Assembly: GCA_964035545.1 (NCBI GenBank)
Contig: OZ037771.1
Span: 7,659,190-7,723,189 of the forward strand
Reading direction: 5' to 3'
From: Bugula neritina
Lineage: Eukaryota; Animalia; Bryozoa
Length of the DNA stretch: 64,000 nucleotides
The position numbers and the translations under genes are program-made. The first letter of the stretch is position 1. Each line of letters opens with the position of its first letter. The notes under the pieces were generated by a model that searched no databases, was not told where the DNA came from, and saw nothing but the letters and a program-made list of their open reading frames with translations. Positions 35,901 to 48,000 of the stretch are shown piece after piece.

Positions 35901-37775
35901 AGGGAGATCTTATGTCAGAGTGACTCTAGATTATTACTCATATGCATATATAAACTATAGCTGTGTTCAGAACACATTAAATATAGTTGATTGTTTTACT
36001 CCATATTTCATTACATCTAAAAATATAGAATTTTATCTAACAATTTCAACAACTTGAACAACTTCTAAAGTACCGACAATACACTGAAAGAAACGAAGAC
36101 AAAACTAATAGCAGTGAATACTTTGAAGAATATGAAACAAACTTAAGGCTACAAGCTCTGCAAGTAATATTATATTTGATTTGTGATTTCCTTAATGAAT
36201 ATTTAGCTATCCATTTCTCTATTGGCAGAATAAATATTAAAGGTTATCCCCACATGCAGGTAATCAGCTATGATGTGTGAGTCACCAGAAGTCATTGTTG
36301 ACCTCTTCCCCAGCAGCTTCAGCTCAAACTAATATAACTCTATTTAAGTACAATAGTGGAAAAAATTCCATACTTTTAAATTCAATTCTTTATGGGTCTT
36401 TATGATTTTCTTTTCAGGGGTTTGATTGAACATAATTTAGTTTGCACTTTTTCTCATCAAGCACACAGACTTTTCCACAATTCCACTCTTACTGCACTCA
36501 CTTTTATAATGCATGTCAAACAGAATGATTACTCAGGTGCAGTAGAGGTATGAAGGAATATTGCTGACATGCCATACAAGTATAACTCACTAACCATTTC
36601 AATATTCCAGTAAATAGTCAGTGAGTTACAACTGAAATACTGACAGCTAATTACACAGCTCAAGCATATATTATTATCCAAAGAGAATTCATGTTCTAGA
36701 TAGAGGGATTGTGACCTTTAACATGTTGATAACAAAGTGATGATAGACCTACTATTCTAAACTGTTGATACTGGTTAGCCGTTGAATACACAAGGTAGTT
36801 ACAAGTGGAGCAAACTCTGTAACAGCAGGTGGCAGATCTCCCTCTATCTTTAGGTCAGTGATCACATGACCTGAACAGAGCTTCTTTATTTCCTCCTTTG
36901 TATAGAATTTTGTAGATTTGGAGGACAACTCTCTTTTGTTAATAGGATCCATACCAGAGTGCCTCCACCAACACCTGTATTTCTTTGCTAAAAACAAATG
37001 TTCTATTTTTAGTATATATGTACCCAATTATAGAGTAAATATAATATCACCTGGTTTATAGTACATTTATATATGTTAATATTCTAATAGTATAAATTAC
37101 ATCATTTTACTGTTGAATTACTTATATAATAATTGAAAATATAAACCAGCAGTAAACATATTCCTATATTCAAAGAGACAAACATACTAATTGTTGAGGC
37201 ATCAGCATGAAGATTAATAGGAATAAAAATGATACTTATTCAACTTTTTATATCAGGTAGACTGAGAACAAATGAGAAACTTATCTGATAGACAATGCTG
37301 ATGTTTTTATAAAGTTTGACACCCACTTTACGACAGAAAATGTTGATATAAAAGAAAATATTAGAAAGTATAAGGAATAGTGAGAATGAGAAGTAACCTA
37401 GGTTCTCATGTAACCCAGAAGTTTCTCAACAGCTTTAATTGTCAAGTTGACAGCTTCATTAAACAACCCTTAGATGGAAAGTTACAGAAAGTCTGCTTCA
37501 TTAAGCTACATGCAGATAAAAGTCACAGAAAGTGTACAGAAACACCAAAGTATAAATATAGTTCAGAGAAGAAACTTAAAGGGGGATAACAAAGTCTTTA
37601 TTTTAACTTTCAAGTTGGAAGATGTAATTGAAACCTATTCAGGTATATTTAAAGAATACTGTATTCAGGTGTGTATTTTACCATTCTCCAGACCAACTAA
37701 TATTGTATACGGACCTGTTTGTGAGGTTGCTGCTGTTACTTCATCCTCAGAACTGGTTACAGAGTTGGTAGCCAT
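21119..37775 (-). CDS. LRR-Roc-COR-caspase gene, copy B (complete 16-exon model, 4164 nt, about 1387 aa; exon-2 acceptor mutated)
   Basis: Exons 37682-37775, 36753-37023, 34508-34645, 34142-34279, 33758-33895, 29709-29846, 29316-29453, 28932-29069, 25033-26957, 24864-24932, 24532-24704, 23824-23991, 23340-23559, 23050-23211, 22324-22433, 21119-21262 join in frame with no stop. All introns are GT-AG except the acceptor at 37024-37025, which reads GG. Confidence 0.8.
21506..22230. repeat. 16-bp TATGACTATATTATAC satellite interrupted by a ~345-bp insert (21727-22071, possible solo LTR)
   Basis: Tandem units in the last caspase intron of copy B. Confidence 0.85.
24362..24508. repeat. Same 32-bp minisatellite, about 4-5 copies
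   Basis: Direct tandem units. Confidence 0.9.
25033..26957 (-). CDS. Roc-COR exon, copy B
   Basis: Same Roc motifs; open to the GTTAGT donor after LLHP; C-terminal CAHC motif. Confidence 0.9.
27281..28798 (+). mobile_element. Decayed Tc1/mariner element in the intron before the Roc exon (homologues at about 5155-6330 and 56958-58050)
   Basis: Inverted ends GTAAAAGTTTTGACACCC / GGGTGTCAAAACTTTTAC..CTG|TA; remnant LVENMSAYCLAVIGANSY resembles a Tc1 transposase C-terminus. Confidence 0.65.
29958..33626 (+). mobile_element. Degenerate Academ-like DNA transposon in an LRR intron of copy B
   Basis: Termini TAGTCTGGCAGAA / TTCTGCCAGACTA, ~150-bp imperfect inverted arms, TTA 3-bp TSD, decayed ORF pieces (GIWSDMTIEVTFVRFGH, LPPTDEA, RAHLQVAI). 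Superfamily inferred from TAG...CTA ends and TSD length. Confidence 0.75.
31645..32025 (+). mobile_element. RTE LINE 3' fragment nested in the Academ-like element
   Basis: ATEMRMLKKI...WEDHVTNDNI...MRRRPLQ*YGHV. Confidence 0.7.
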
Positions 37776-39936
37776 CTTGTTTCTAGTATCAGATACTACA
37801 ATGTAATACTAATGTATGTACTATGAATAAAGTATGAGATAGTATACAATGTGTGTATATTGAGTGAAAGGGTGTGTAGAAGAAGTGGAATAGTAAACAG
37901 TAGAGAGACAGTGAAGTAAAACAAGGTGAACCATAGAATAAATTTGTTCATAGCATTTTCATTAATTGATAATTTTCAATATATATTTTATTAGTATGTT
38001 TAGCTATTGATAATTTATAGCATTTGATAATTTGTGACATACAGTTTTATTCAACAAGTTTAACAGTAGCTTGGCTTACATGTTTGAGACAAGATTATTG
38101 AATATTGCATAAGAGTTGGTTAGGACAGGAGGAAATATCTAGTTTGACAACTTAGTATATTTCATTTCATTGTTTAACAGATACTAACTACTAGAACAAA
38201 GATTGATTTATTAATGATAATAGAAACTGTGAGGACAAGCTACAATAGTATTCTAATAGTAATTTCCTATGTCTCATCTTTTACTTATGTTCACCAGAAT
38301 TACCAACTTGTAGACTATTCCATTGTGCTTCATGTTTATTAACTATACAATCATCTAACTGTTGTGGAGGTATAGACAGGTCATTAGCATGAAAAATATT
38401 TTAATGTTTCTAAGACCTCTGTACTGTGGGCATAAATACTGCAGTAATTACTGATAATCTGATAACAAGTCTACTCTGGTTTGAACATAGACTTTCACTT
38501 TAGGAATAAACTATATTGTCTTTTTGTAAACTACTTCTTGGATATTTACAATTGAATAGAAGTAAGTTATTGGTAAAACTGGTGAACAATTTTAAACATA
38601 ATATAGTGGTTACTATCCTCTGTGTTGAGAATTTTTGTTACTGTCTCTGCTACAGCAGATGTCATACAAATCAGCAAAATTTAACCTCAATGTCACACCC
38701 ATAGCTCTGTGAGCCAAACAGTATAAATTACATTTCCATCACTGTCTTTACTACCAGTAATCCTAATACAAATCATTGTGACAACTATAGCTCTGTTAAA
38801 CAGATACCAAAACTAGAAATACATATTTTATTATTGGATCAGATCTCAATCCATATTTCAAACTTTACTATATAATCCAAGTATAACATATTAAATGCTA
38901 TAACTCTTCCTTGACAAGTGTTGGATGTGTGTTGTGGCCAGGCCAAGTAAATCCTAACAATAAACCGATCCCAAGGCAAATTTAAAAGCTACATAGTAAC
39001 ATCATTATGTGAGCTGAATAAATAATTTAAAACCACCCTACGCTGTTGGAATGCCTATACTTTAAAATTAAGCCATATCAACTTCAAGCCTACCCGCTGA
39101 CCTTGGTGATAGTGTTAACGGTCAGCACACCCATAACTAACGTCATTATTGTAATATTCATAGCGAATATAATTGAAAACGAGCCATACTCATAGTGAAT
39201 GTCAAACTAGATGACACTTCGATCATCAATCAATCATCAAATTTAATGTCAATCGAAATAAATCAATAATATAATTATTAATTATAACTATCAACATCAA
39301 TACGAATATTTTCATATTCTTCTTCATATTCAATATTCCTATTAACTATTAGCTTATTTATATTTATACTCATATTGATATTCACTATCATATTCATATT
39401 CAATTTGACATTGCATCTCAGACTCAAAGTGAAACTGAAACAGTGAAAGTCTTCGAGATGAAATTACAATGCATGACACTTACATGTGGTGCAACTTGAC
39501 AAATTCTGTTAGTTCTTCAGTTTTGTACTAAAATTTTGGTTTGAATTGTGGTTAGTATAGCGGTGAGACAGCTGAATTAGTTTCGTCATCCAGAATGCGA
39601 GCTTATCTTCTTTTTGCTTCGTTTCAAGGACTGCCGGAAAACGCCTACTACTGCAACCGGAAACACGTTAACGATGGGCTAAATGGTTTTAGTGACAAAT
39701 GTAGTCTTTTTAAAAGTTGGAAGGCGTTGACGGGCTCTCTAATATTTAGATAGAAGGACTTTTTTAGGAACTGAGCCTATATAATCAAAACGCTGATTCT
39801 GACGACAAGAAAACATTTTGTATACGCAACAGCAACAACACTAGTGTTACCTATTTTCAAGAGAATAGTGCACTTGTTATAATGTTTTGAATGACATTAT
39901 TGGTGTTGTTTTGCAATATTGACTAGGCCTATATAG

Positions 39937-40330
39937 TGTTGTGAAATTGTGCTTCACTTATTTGTGGGTAATTATGATTGAAGTAATGCTGCCGATTTAG
40001 AGTAAGAATAATTTTATTTATACGTAAGATACAAGATTTACCAACTACATAAAAACATACCGAGATTACATAACTGCACAAGACTGTTTACACGGCTTAA
40101 CTATCCTGCTACTACGAGCCAACTGCGCCCTCCTCAAGCGTACAGCTCCTTACTAGACATCCACCCGTAGGGTATAAGATCACTCGCTTCGCTGATTGGC
40201 TGCTGCAAGTGTCAGTTCAATATGGAATTGTCCTTTCGATATAATTGGGAGCACAATATTTACAGTGGTTGGGTTTAAACGGATATTAAATTAATAAATG
40301 TAATATGTTTGCTAGCACAATTACCATACA
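39937..40330 (-). repeat. Possible solo LTR related to the Gypsy LTR
   Basis: TGTTGTGAAATTGTGCTTCACTTATTTGTGGG resembles the reverse complement of the Gypsy LTR end; ~390 bp, absent from copy A; no TSD seen. Confidence 0.4.
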
Positions 40331-40814
40331 TTACTTTTGCCTCCTACAGATGGTATATCGGCTACAAATGAAGCATTTTTGGTTACTACTTACTAATAAG
40401 CAAATAATTCTAGCAGCAGACATCATCAATCCTGAGTCAGAATTTCTGCACTAGGAATATTTCAACATATGAGAGAATTGTAGCTATAATACTATATAGT
40501 CGACCAGCACACAGCCAATCAATGTGTAGGGTTGACTATCACATTTTCACAACTTTAGCTATGAATATCACTTACTCCTTTGAGTTTCACAAGAAATAAT
40601 TTTGTTTGTAAATGTAAAGTATAATATTCTTTCATTTGAATAAATATATGTCTGGTATAATGTAGATGCGTTATTGAAATTTTTTTATTAAGGGTATATT
40701 TTAATTACCAGCTCAAAGCTGCAACTGCATAGCCAATTACAGCTGTACTTCGCTAAAAATTACAAAAAAAAATAAAAATTTATGAACACCCTACTGGTCA
40801 AGGCAGGCGGTACA

Positions 40815-41400
40815 ATACTACACCACTATACTACTACCACGAGGCTTGAGGCTTTCTAATGACCGCATATCAATTCCAAGGCTATTCGTGTTCCTTTTGT
40901 AGGCGACCTTGAAACGCAATCTGAGATGTCCCCAGGGATCTGGAGCTTTCCGCAAGTTTGCCATAAAGCAGATTTATAGGAATTCGGCCATCTTGCATTC
41001 TGCACACATGTCAAAGCTAGCGAAGACACCGCTGGCCCAGAAAGAATGAAGATTGTCGGCATCCAAGGACATTGCAAACTGTCAGTACTAGGAATTTTGT
41101 CTTGCCACTTGAGATGGTTAAATAAAAACTGCTTAGTATATTTTTCAGAGTGGCACAGGATGTCCAGGTTACACTGGAGTAGAGTAGTGTGGACAATATA
41201 CATGCTTTGTAAACATGCATCTTAGTGTTTGCTGACAGAGTGCTGTTTGTCCACACACTCTCTTGTGTAACTTGTACATTACTGTAGAAAGTGTGGCAAT
41301 ACTTGAGTTGATATCAGACTGAATGGAGAGGGTTACACTGATGGTAGAGCCTGGAGACTGAACTCTGTCAACTGAGTTCAGCTCCTGACTTCCTACGCAG
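40815..41400 (-). mobile_element. Decayed RTE (BovB-like) LINE fragment
   Basis: VWTNSTLSANTKMHVYKACILSTLLYSSVTWT motif. Confidence 0.7.
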
Positions 41401-42063
41401 ATACTTCAAGTGTAGTATGTTTATAAAATTATACTCTAGTTCTAGTAATTATTCTGAAACATGTTGAAATACTGCTGAGTTCCTGGAAGGTGAACTACCA
41501 AAGAGTTTATAAAAAACTTTAAAGATCTTTTAAAAAAAATAATTTCAAAACTATACAAGCTAGTAGCAAGTTCCCTGTCCCAAATATTTATTTATTGGTG
41601 TTTTCTTTGCTTTGCTTAGTGCCAGAAGATTTGTAAACTTGCCTTATAAATGCAAAAAAGAATCAATTATAAAATGCAGTATATTTATTGTGTAAATATA
41701 TTTCATAGTAAACATGAGTAAATAATGTCAGCAAACATATAGTAATAGTGTATACATACAAAGTCACATATAACTAGACTAAGTGCATGAGCTATGTGTA
41801 TGCAGAGCATATGCATGGTATAGCAAGAGTATAAAATTATAAGTAGAAGTGAATACTTATATTCAAAGTGCGCAGGTAAAGTATATCACATAGCAGTATA
41901 TAGAGTGTCGCATGTATAGAGCATGTAGTGAAATATAATACCACATGCAAGGTATAGATACTGTAGTCAGTATATACATACTATCTGTATGAAATGTGTA
42001 TATATGATATAAATAGCGTAGTACCATACTCTACATGTCAACACAGGGATGTGGGAGCTCAGT

Positions 42064-45000
42064 CTACCACTCTCCATAGAATAAAGGAAACAAGTAAATC
42101 TTCCTTCTACCAGTGAGAGTTTTTATAACCACGGGAGTCTGTGTAACAGTACCTTCTGAGTCGGATCTGTTACCTGATATTTTCCTCACTCTTTCTTGTA
42201 CCTTTAAATATTTCATAATCAGGTAAACATTGGTCAGTATTACTGACACTACAGCATGAGTTAGAATGTATCGCATCTGTAAATTCACCTACTAGAAAAA
42301 ATTGTATTTGTGAATAGCAAAATTATATATACAAATAGTAAATCTATAATAAATTCAATTATATTGATATTGAATAGAGTGGAGACTACATAGCTAACAC
42401 CATAATATACTGTGATGGTATTACTATACTACAGTGTATTATGACTATAACATAGTATGATTATAGTATATTGTAAAATATTTGTGAAGGAAAGATTCTA
42501 TTTGCGTGAGAATGATTACATATTGCTATGACTATATATTACTACGACTATATTATACTATGACTATATTATACTATGACTATATTATACTATGACTATA
42601 TTATCCTATGACTATATTATACTATGACTATATACTACTATGACTATACTATACTATGACTATATTATACTATGACTATATTATACTATGACTATATGAT
42701 ACTATAAAAATAACTCACGCAATTTTTTAGTCGCTATCTCTGTGAGAAAACCCCTGATGGAAGGGGTTTTTGTTAAAGCCGGCTAAGGACTTATTTAAAT
42801 GAGGCACAAGAGCAATTATGACTGGATGCTCTTCCTAACATCACCAATGGCCTTCGTCTGGGGTCGAGCCCATGACCTTCAGGCTTACTAGGCAAATGCT
42901 CTAACCCCTAGACTACGGCTGCTCCCTGACTATATGATACTATGACTATATTATACTATGACTATATTATAATATGACTATATTATAATATGAATATACT
43001 ATACTATGAATATACTATACTATGACTATATTATACTATGACTATATTATACTATGACTATAATATACTATGACTATACTATACTATGACTATATTATAC
43101 TATGACTATACTATACTATGACTATATTATACTATGACTATATAATACTATGACTATACTATACTATGACTATATTATACTATGACTATATATTACAATG
43201 ACTATATTATACTATGACTATATACTACTATGACTATATTATACTATGACTATATTATACTATGACTATATTATACTATGACTATACTATACTATGACTA
43301 TATTATACTATGACTATATAATACTATGACTATATTATACTATGACTATATTATCCTATGACTATATTATACTATGACTACACTATACTATGACTATATT
43401 GTACTATGAATATATTATACTATGACTATATTATACTATGACTATATTATAATATGACTATATTATAATATAGTCATATTATACTATGACTATATTATGA
43501 CTATATTGCACTATGACTAGTCACTACACCTATACTACTGTCACTACACCACACCAACTAATACGAAAACAGCCTCTTCTAAATAGGAGATGATGTCACA
43601 GGAAGTTACTCACAATATCAAATAAGTCAGCAAGATCACGATGACAGCCATGTCTGTGTAAAGTCCTGACAAGTGTTCTTATCAATAATGACCCACCATC
43701 ATGGAATCTCATGGATGCACTGTCTATTAAAATAATACAATGAGTTGAATAGTAAATATTGTGGTAGATTTTAGTGGTGCAAGTATATTGTATTAATCGA
43801 AAAGGTTTACTCTATATTGTTTTATGTATCTTGTGAGTTCGACACTGTCGGAGTGTAACTATGGACAGTAGTGGCACCATTAGTAGCCACCAATCAGGAC
43901 AGTGACACTAATTGATAGCAGGTGGAGCTAGCTACTCGTAGTTGCAGTGCGCTGAGTAGCTAGCCGGCAGAGCAGCTTGGGACTTCATTTAGAACAGTTG
44001 TGTATTAAAGCTCACTAATTATGTAATCGTTTTCTATTCATGCTAGCAGTAAATAACCTTCTTGTATTTGTGTAAATAATAAAGTATCTTATCGTAAACA
44101 ACCTGTCGCAGTGGCTTTGATTAAGTAGACCCACAAATAATAATAGTGAACTGGCAAAATTCACTACACTGGTGGCAGCGGTGGGATCTCACTTAATACA
44201 AATGCCCCTAGTCAGGGAGTAAGATGGCCGACGAAGTCGTCGACGCGCCCCGACAGGAGCCAGCAGCAATAGAGGAGGATCACATAGGCGGCCCAGCGCT
44301 GCCTATGGACAGGTACCACTTGCGGGCTCCCACCTTCTCTGGAGAAGAAGATGTGGAGCAATTCATCACTGAGTTCAGTGATGTGGCGGACATCTGCGGA
44401 TGGCCGAACAGGGTTACTCTGATCCAGCTGCGGTTGTGTCTGACAGGGCCGGCTAAACCCTATGGGATAAGCCAGAATGTCGGTGACATATTTGAAGCAA
44501 TACGAGCTAGGTTTGGATTAACCGCTCGAGATGCTCGCGTGCAACTGCAGAGTCTTAGGAGAAATCCTAAGACCAATCTGCGAGAGCACGCTACCGTAGT
44601 CGAACGACTGGCACAAGTTGCTTACAGCGACTTGCCTGCCGATGGTCGACAGAGCCTAGCACTGGATGCATTCCTCCAGTCCATTAACAACCTCGGTCTT
44701 AAACAGCATCTGCTGGTGGCCGAAGTTGAGACTATGGAGAGAGCTCTAAGGCTTGGGAATGCCTATTTCCAAGCCGACAGTGCAAGTCGACCTGGCGCGA
44801 CAGTACAGCAAGTCGGGGCAGACGACGTGTCGACGTCGTCAACGAAGACAGCTGTACAAGTCGCAGCGGCAGCAGCAGACGAATCTAGCTTAACCACGAG
44901 CTTGATTCGAGAACTGCTCGCCGAGTTCAGGCAACTGCGCCAGCAGGCGACAGCCGAGAGACCCAAGAGGTCGTCGGTAGCTGTCGCCGACAGGCGCGGC

Positions 45001-48000
45001 CCCGTATGCTGGGGCTGTGGTAGTGGTGGGCACTTCCTACGAAGTTGCCCCCGCGGCAGTGGGAGGCGGTTAAACAGCGACGGCCCACGGTAACTTCCGC
45101 CTACCGTGGGCCCGAGTTTAACCCCCCAAGGCAAAGGCTACGGCCCCCACCCCATCGGGTGAGGAGGCCGCCTTCGCCAGAGTGGCAAGTCCCAAGGAGA
45201 GTGAGTCGGCCGCAAGGCCCACCAATACCTCCGGCTTGGGCACTCAAAAACCGCTTTGAAGGTTTGCTTGATGAGGGAGTGAACGACGAATGGGAGCACA
45301 ACAGGGATTTTCCTCGGTTGCCCACACGAGCATCAGTCCGAGAATTCACTCGGCCGCCCGTGTGTGAGCGAGACCGAGACGTACCCTGCCCGCCCATGCA
45401 ACGTCGACGACCCCCTCGCAACCGAAAAGCACAGGTGCATCCCCAATTCCATGCACATGAGGTGTCGCCTCAAGAGACAAATCGCTCAGTGAGCGCCCAG
45501 CCATATGGAAGCAGCTATTTCCTCCCCGGCAAAATTGCTGGTAAAGCTGCCACATTCCTGTTGGATACTGGGTGTACCACAAATCTACTGAGTCGACGTC
45601 TCTTCGACACTCTCAGTGCCAAGGACAGGGCTAGCCTAGAACCATATGAGGGGGAACGCGGCACGTTGGCGGACGGGTCGTGTATTCCTTTCTATGGGGT
45701 AATCCAGTTGACTGGTAGAGTCCGTGATCAGATGATCAGTGAGACCTTCATCGTCAGTCAACTCAAGGAGGATGCCATCTTGGGCATGCCATTTCTGAAG
45801 CGACACAGGTGCTACATCGACTTTAGCAAGTCGGCAGTAGTGATGGCGGGGCGTGAGCTGGCCTGTGTCGACCGATTTGGCCGACCCTTGGTGGGGGGAG
45901 TGCAGGTGGTACAGCGCTGTACTGTACCTGGGCGCTCCCGGGCTACAGTTCGCTGCAGAGTGAACTGTAGGGAGATCTCCGAGCTCGGAGTGGTGGAAGG
46001 TGCACTGGGGGGCGTCCAGCTCGCTAACAGTCTGAATAGACTGGATGAGCGGAGGGAGTTCCTGGTCCAGTGCGTAAACCCTTTCACGGAGCCGGTAGAA
46101 TTACCGGCTGGGTCTCTAGTAGGGAAGTTCCACTCCGTGCAAGAGGAGGATGTAGGGCCCGCGCTGGAAACAGCGGGCGGTGCCCGGGGAGTACCCACTA
46201 GAGACGGCAGGGGGCCGGTGCCTGAACACGTAGCAGAGTTGTACGAGGATGCCTGTGATGGCTGCGAGAGCAAGCGAGAACGCCTGGAGATGGCGCGGCT
46301 ACTCTCTGAGTACAAGGATGTGTTCAGTTGCGGCGACCATGACATGGGTCTGACTGAGACGGTTCGTCATGAGATACCCCTGGCGGCGGGGATGGTGCCG
46401 ATTCGGCAGCCGACCCGCCGGTTAGGTCCTGAGAAGGAGAGAGAAGTGAGCCGTCAGGTGCAAGACCTTCTGAACCGGGACCTGATTGAGCCAGGCCATG
46501 GGGCCTGGAGTTCTCCAGTCGTCCTGGTTCGGAAAAAGGATGGTAGCTGGAGGTTTTGCGTTGATTATCGCAGGCTGAACAGCGTGACCATCCAGGACGC
46601 TTACCCTCTCCCGAGGATTGATGAGTCGCTCGATGCCTTAGCTGGTAGCAAGTTCTTCAGCACGTTAGACTTGTTAAGCGGGTATTGGCAGGTGCCCCTG
46701 AGTCCTGAAGCACAGGACAAGGCCGCGTTTATAACGCGGGATGGGCTCTGGAAATGGAAGGTGTTGCCATTCGGACTTACGTCCGCACCAGCCACCTTCC
46801 AGCGACTCATGGAGCAGGTCCTGAGTGGACTGCACTGGAAGACCTTGCTCATATATCTCGATGATGTCATCGTCATCTCCCCCGACTTCGACACACATGT
46901 CAGTCGACTCAGGGAGGTGTTCGACAGACTCCGAGCTGCTAACCTGAAGCTGAAGCCCTCGAAGTGTGCATTACTGCAACGCGAGGTCAAGTACCTGGGC
47001 CATGTAGTTGGTCGAGACGGGGTCGCCACCGACCCCGAGAAGGTACGGGCCGTGAGGGACTGGGCCGTTCCTGTCGACCTCTCTGAATTGCGGGCATTCC
47101 TGGAGCTGGTTGGGTACTATCGTCAGTACATACCAGACTTCGCAGGAATTGCACAGCCGTTAAATCGGCTGACCGCAAAGGGGGTGCGATGGCAGTGGAC
47201 GCAAGCTGAGCAGAAGGCATTTGACCACCTGAAGGATCGCCTGGTGGAGGCACCCATCTTGGCGTATCCTGACCCTGCGAAGGAGTACATTTTGGATACT
47301 GATGCCAGTAACCATAATGTGGGGGCTGTGCTATCGCAGGTCCAAGATGGTCGCGAGGTGGTGGTAGCTTACTATAGCAAGGCCCTGTCGGCGCCTGAGA
47401 AGAACTACTGTACAACCAGGAGGGAACTCTTGGCAGTAGTCAAGGCGGTCAAACACTTTAGACCATATCTATACGGGCGCACATTCCGGCTTCGGACGGA
47501 TCATGCGTCCCTGATATGGCTGTGTCGACGGGCAGAACCATCCAGCCAAGTGGCGCGCTGGCTAGAGATCCTGGCAGAGTTTTCTTATCGGATCGAACAT
47601 CGACCCGGTAAGAAACACGGTAATGCAGATGGACTCAGCCGCCGCCAGGCAGATGGGTGTAAGCAATGCCAGAATATCGAGCGCAGGGACGGTGGACCCC
47701 CTCGCTCGGACGTCGAAGCGCAGTTGGGGAAAGCGGGTGTGTACAGCTGGGAAGAAGGGCAACTCCTGTCCGAATCACCCAACAAAGCTGTTAACAACCT
47801 TCACGCAAACCCCACGTTGCTTCGGAACGTCAGGGAGCTATGTCGGCTCCAGTCCACGCTACCAGGAGTGGTAGCTGACCTAGTCCGGGCCAAGAAGGAG
47901 GGACGGCGGCCGAGTGAGGCCGAACAGCGAGTGAAGAGTACTGAGTTTAAGTACTTCTGTGACCGCTGGGACTCCCTAAGGTTCAACAGCGATGGGCTGC

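Noticed and set aside
42850-42926. Functional tRNA gene
   Set aside because: tRNA-like head has a degenerate B box and is joined to a SINE body flanked by a TSD
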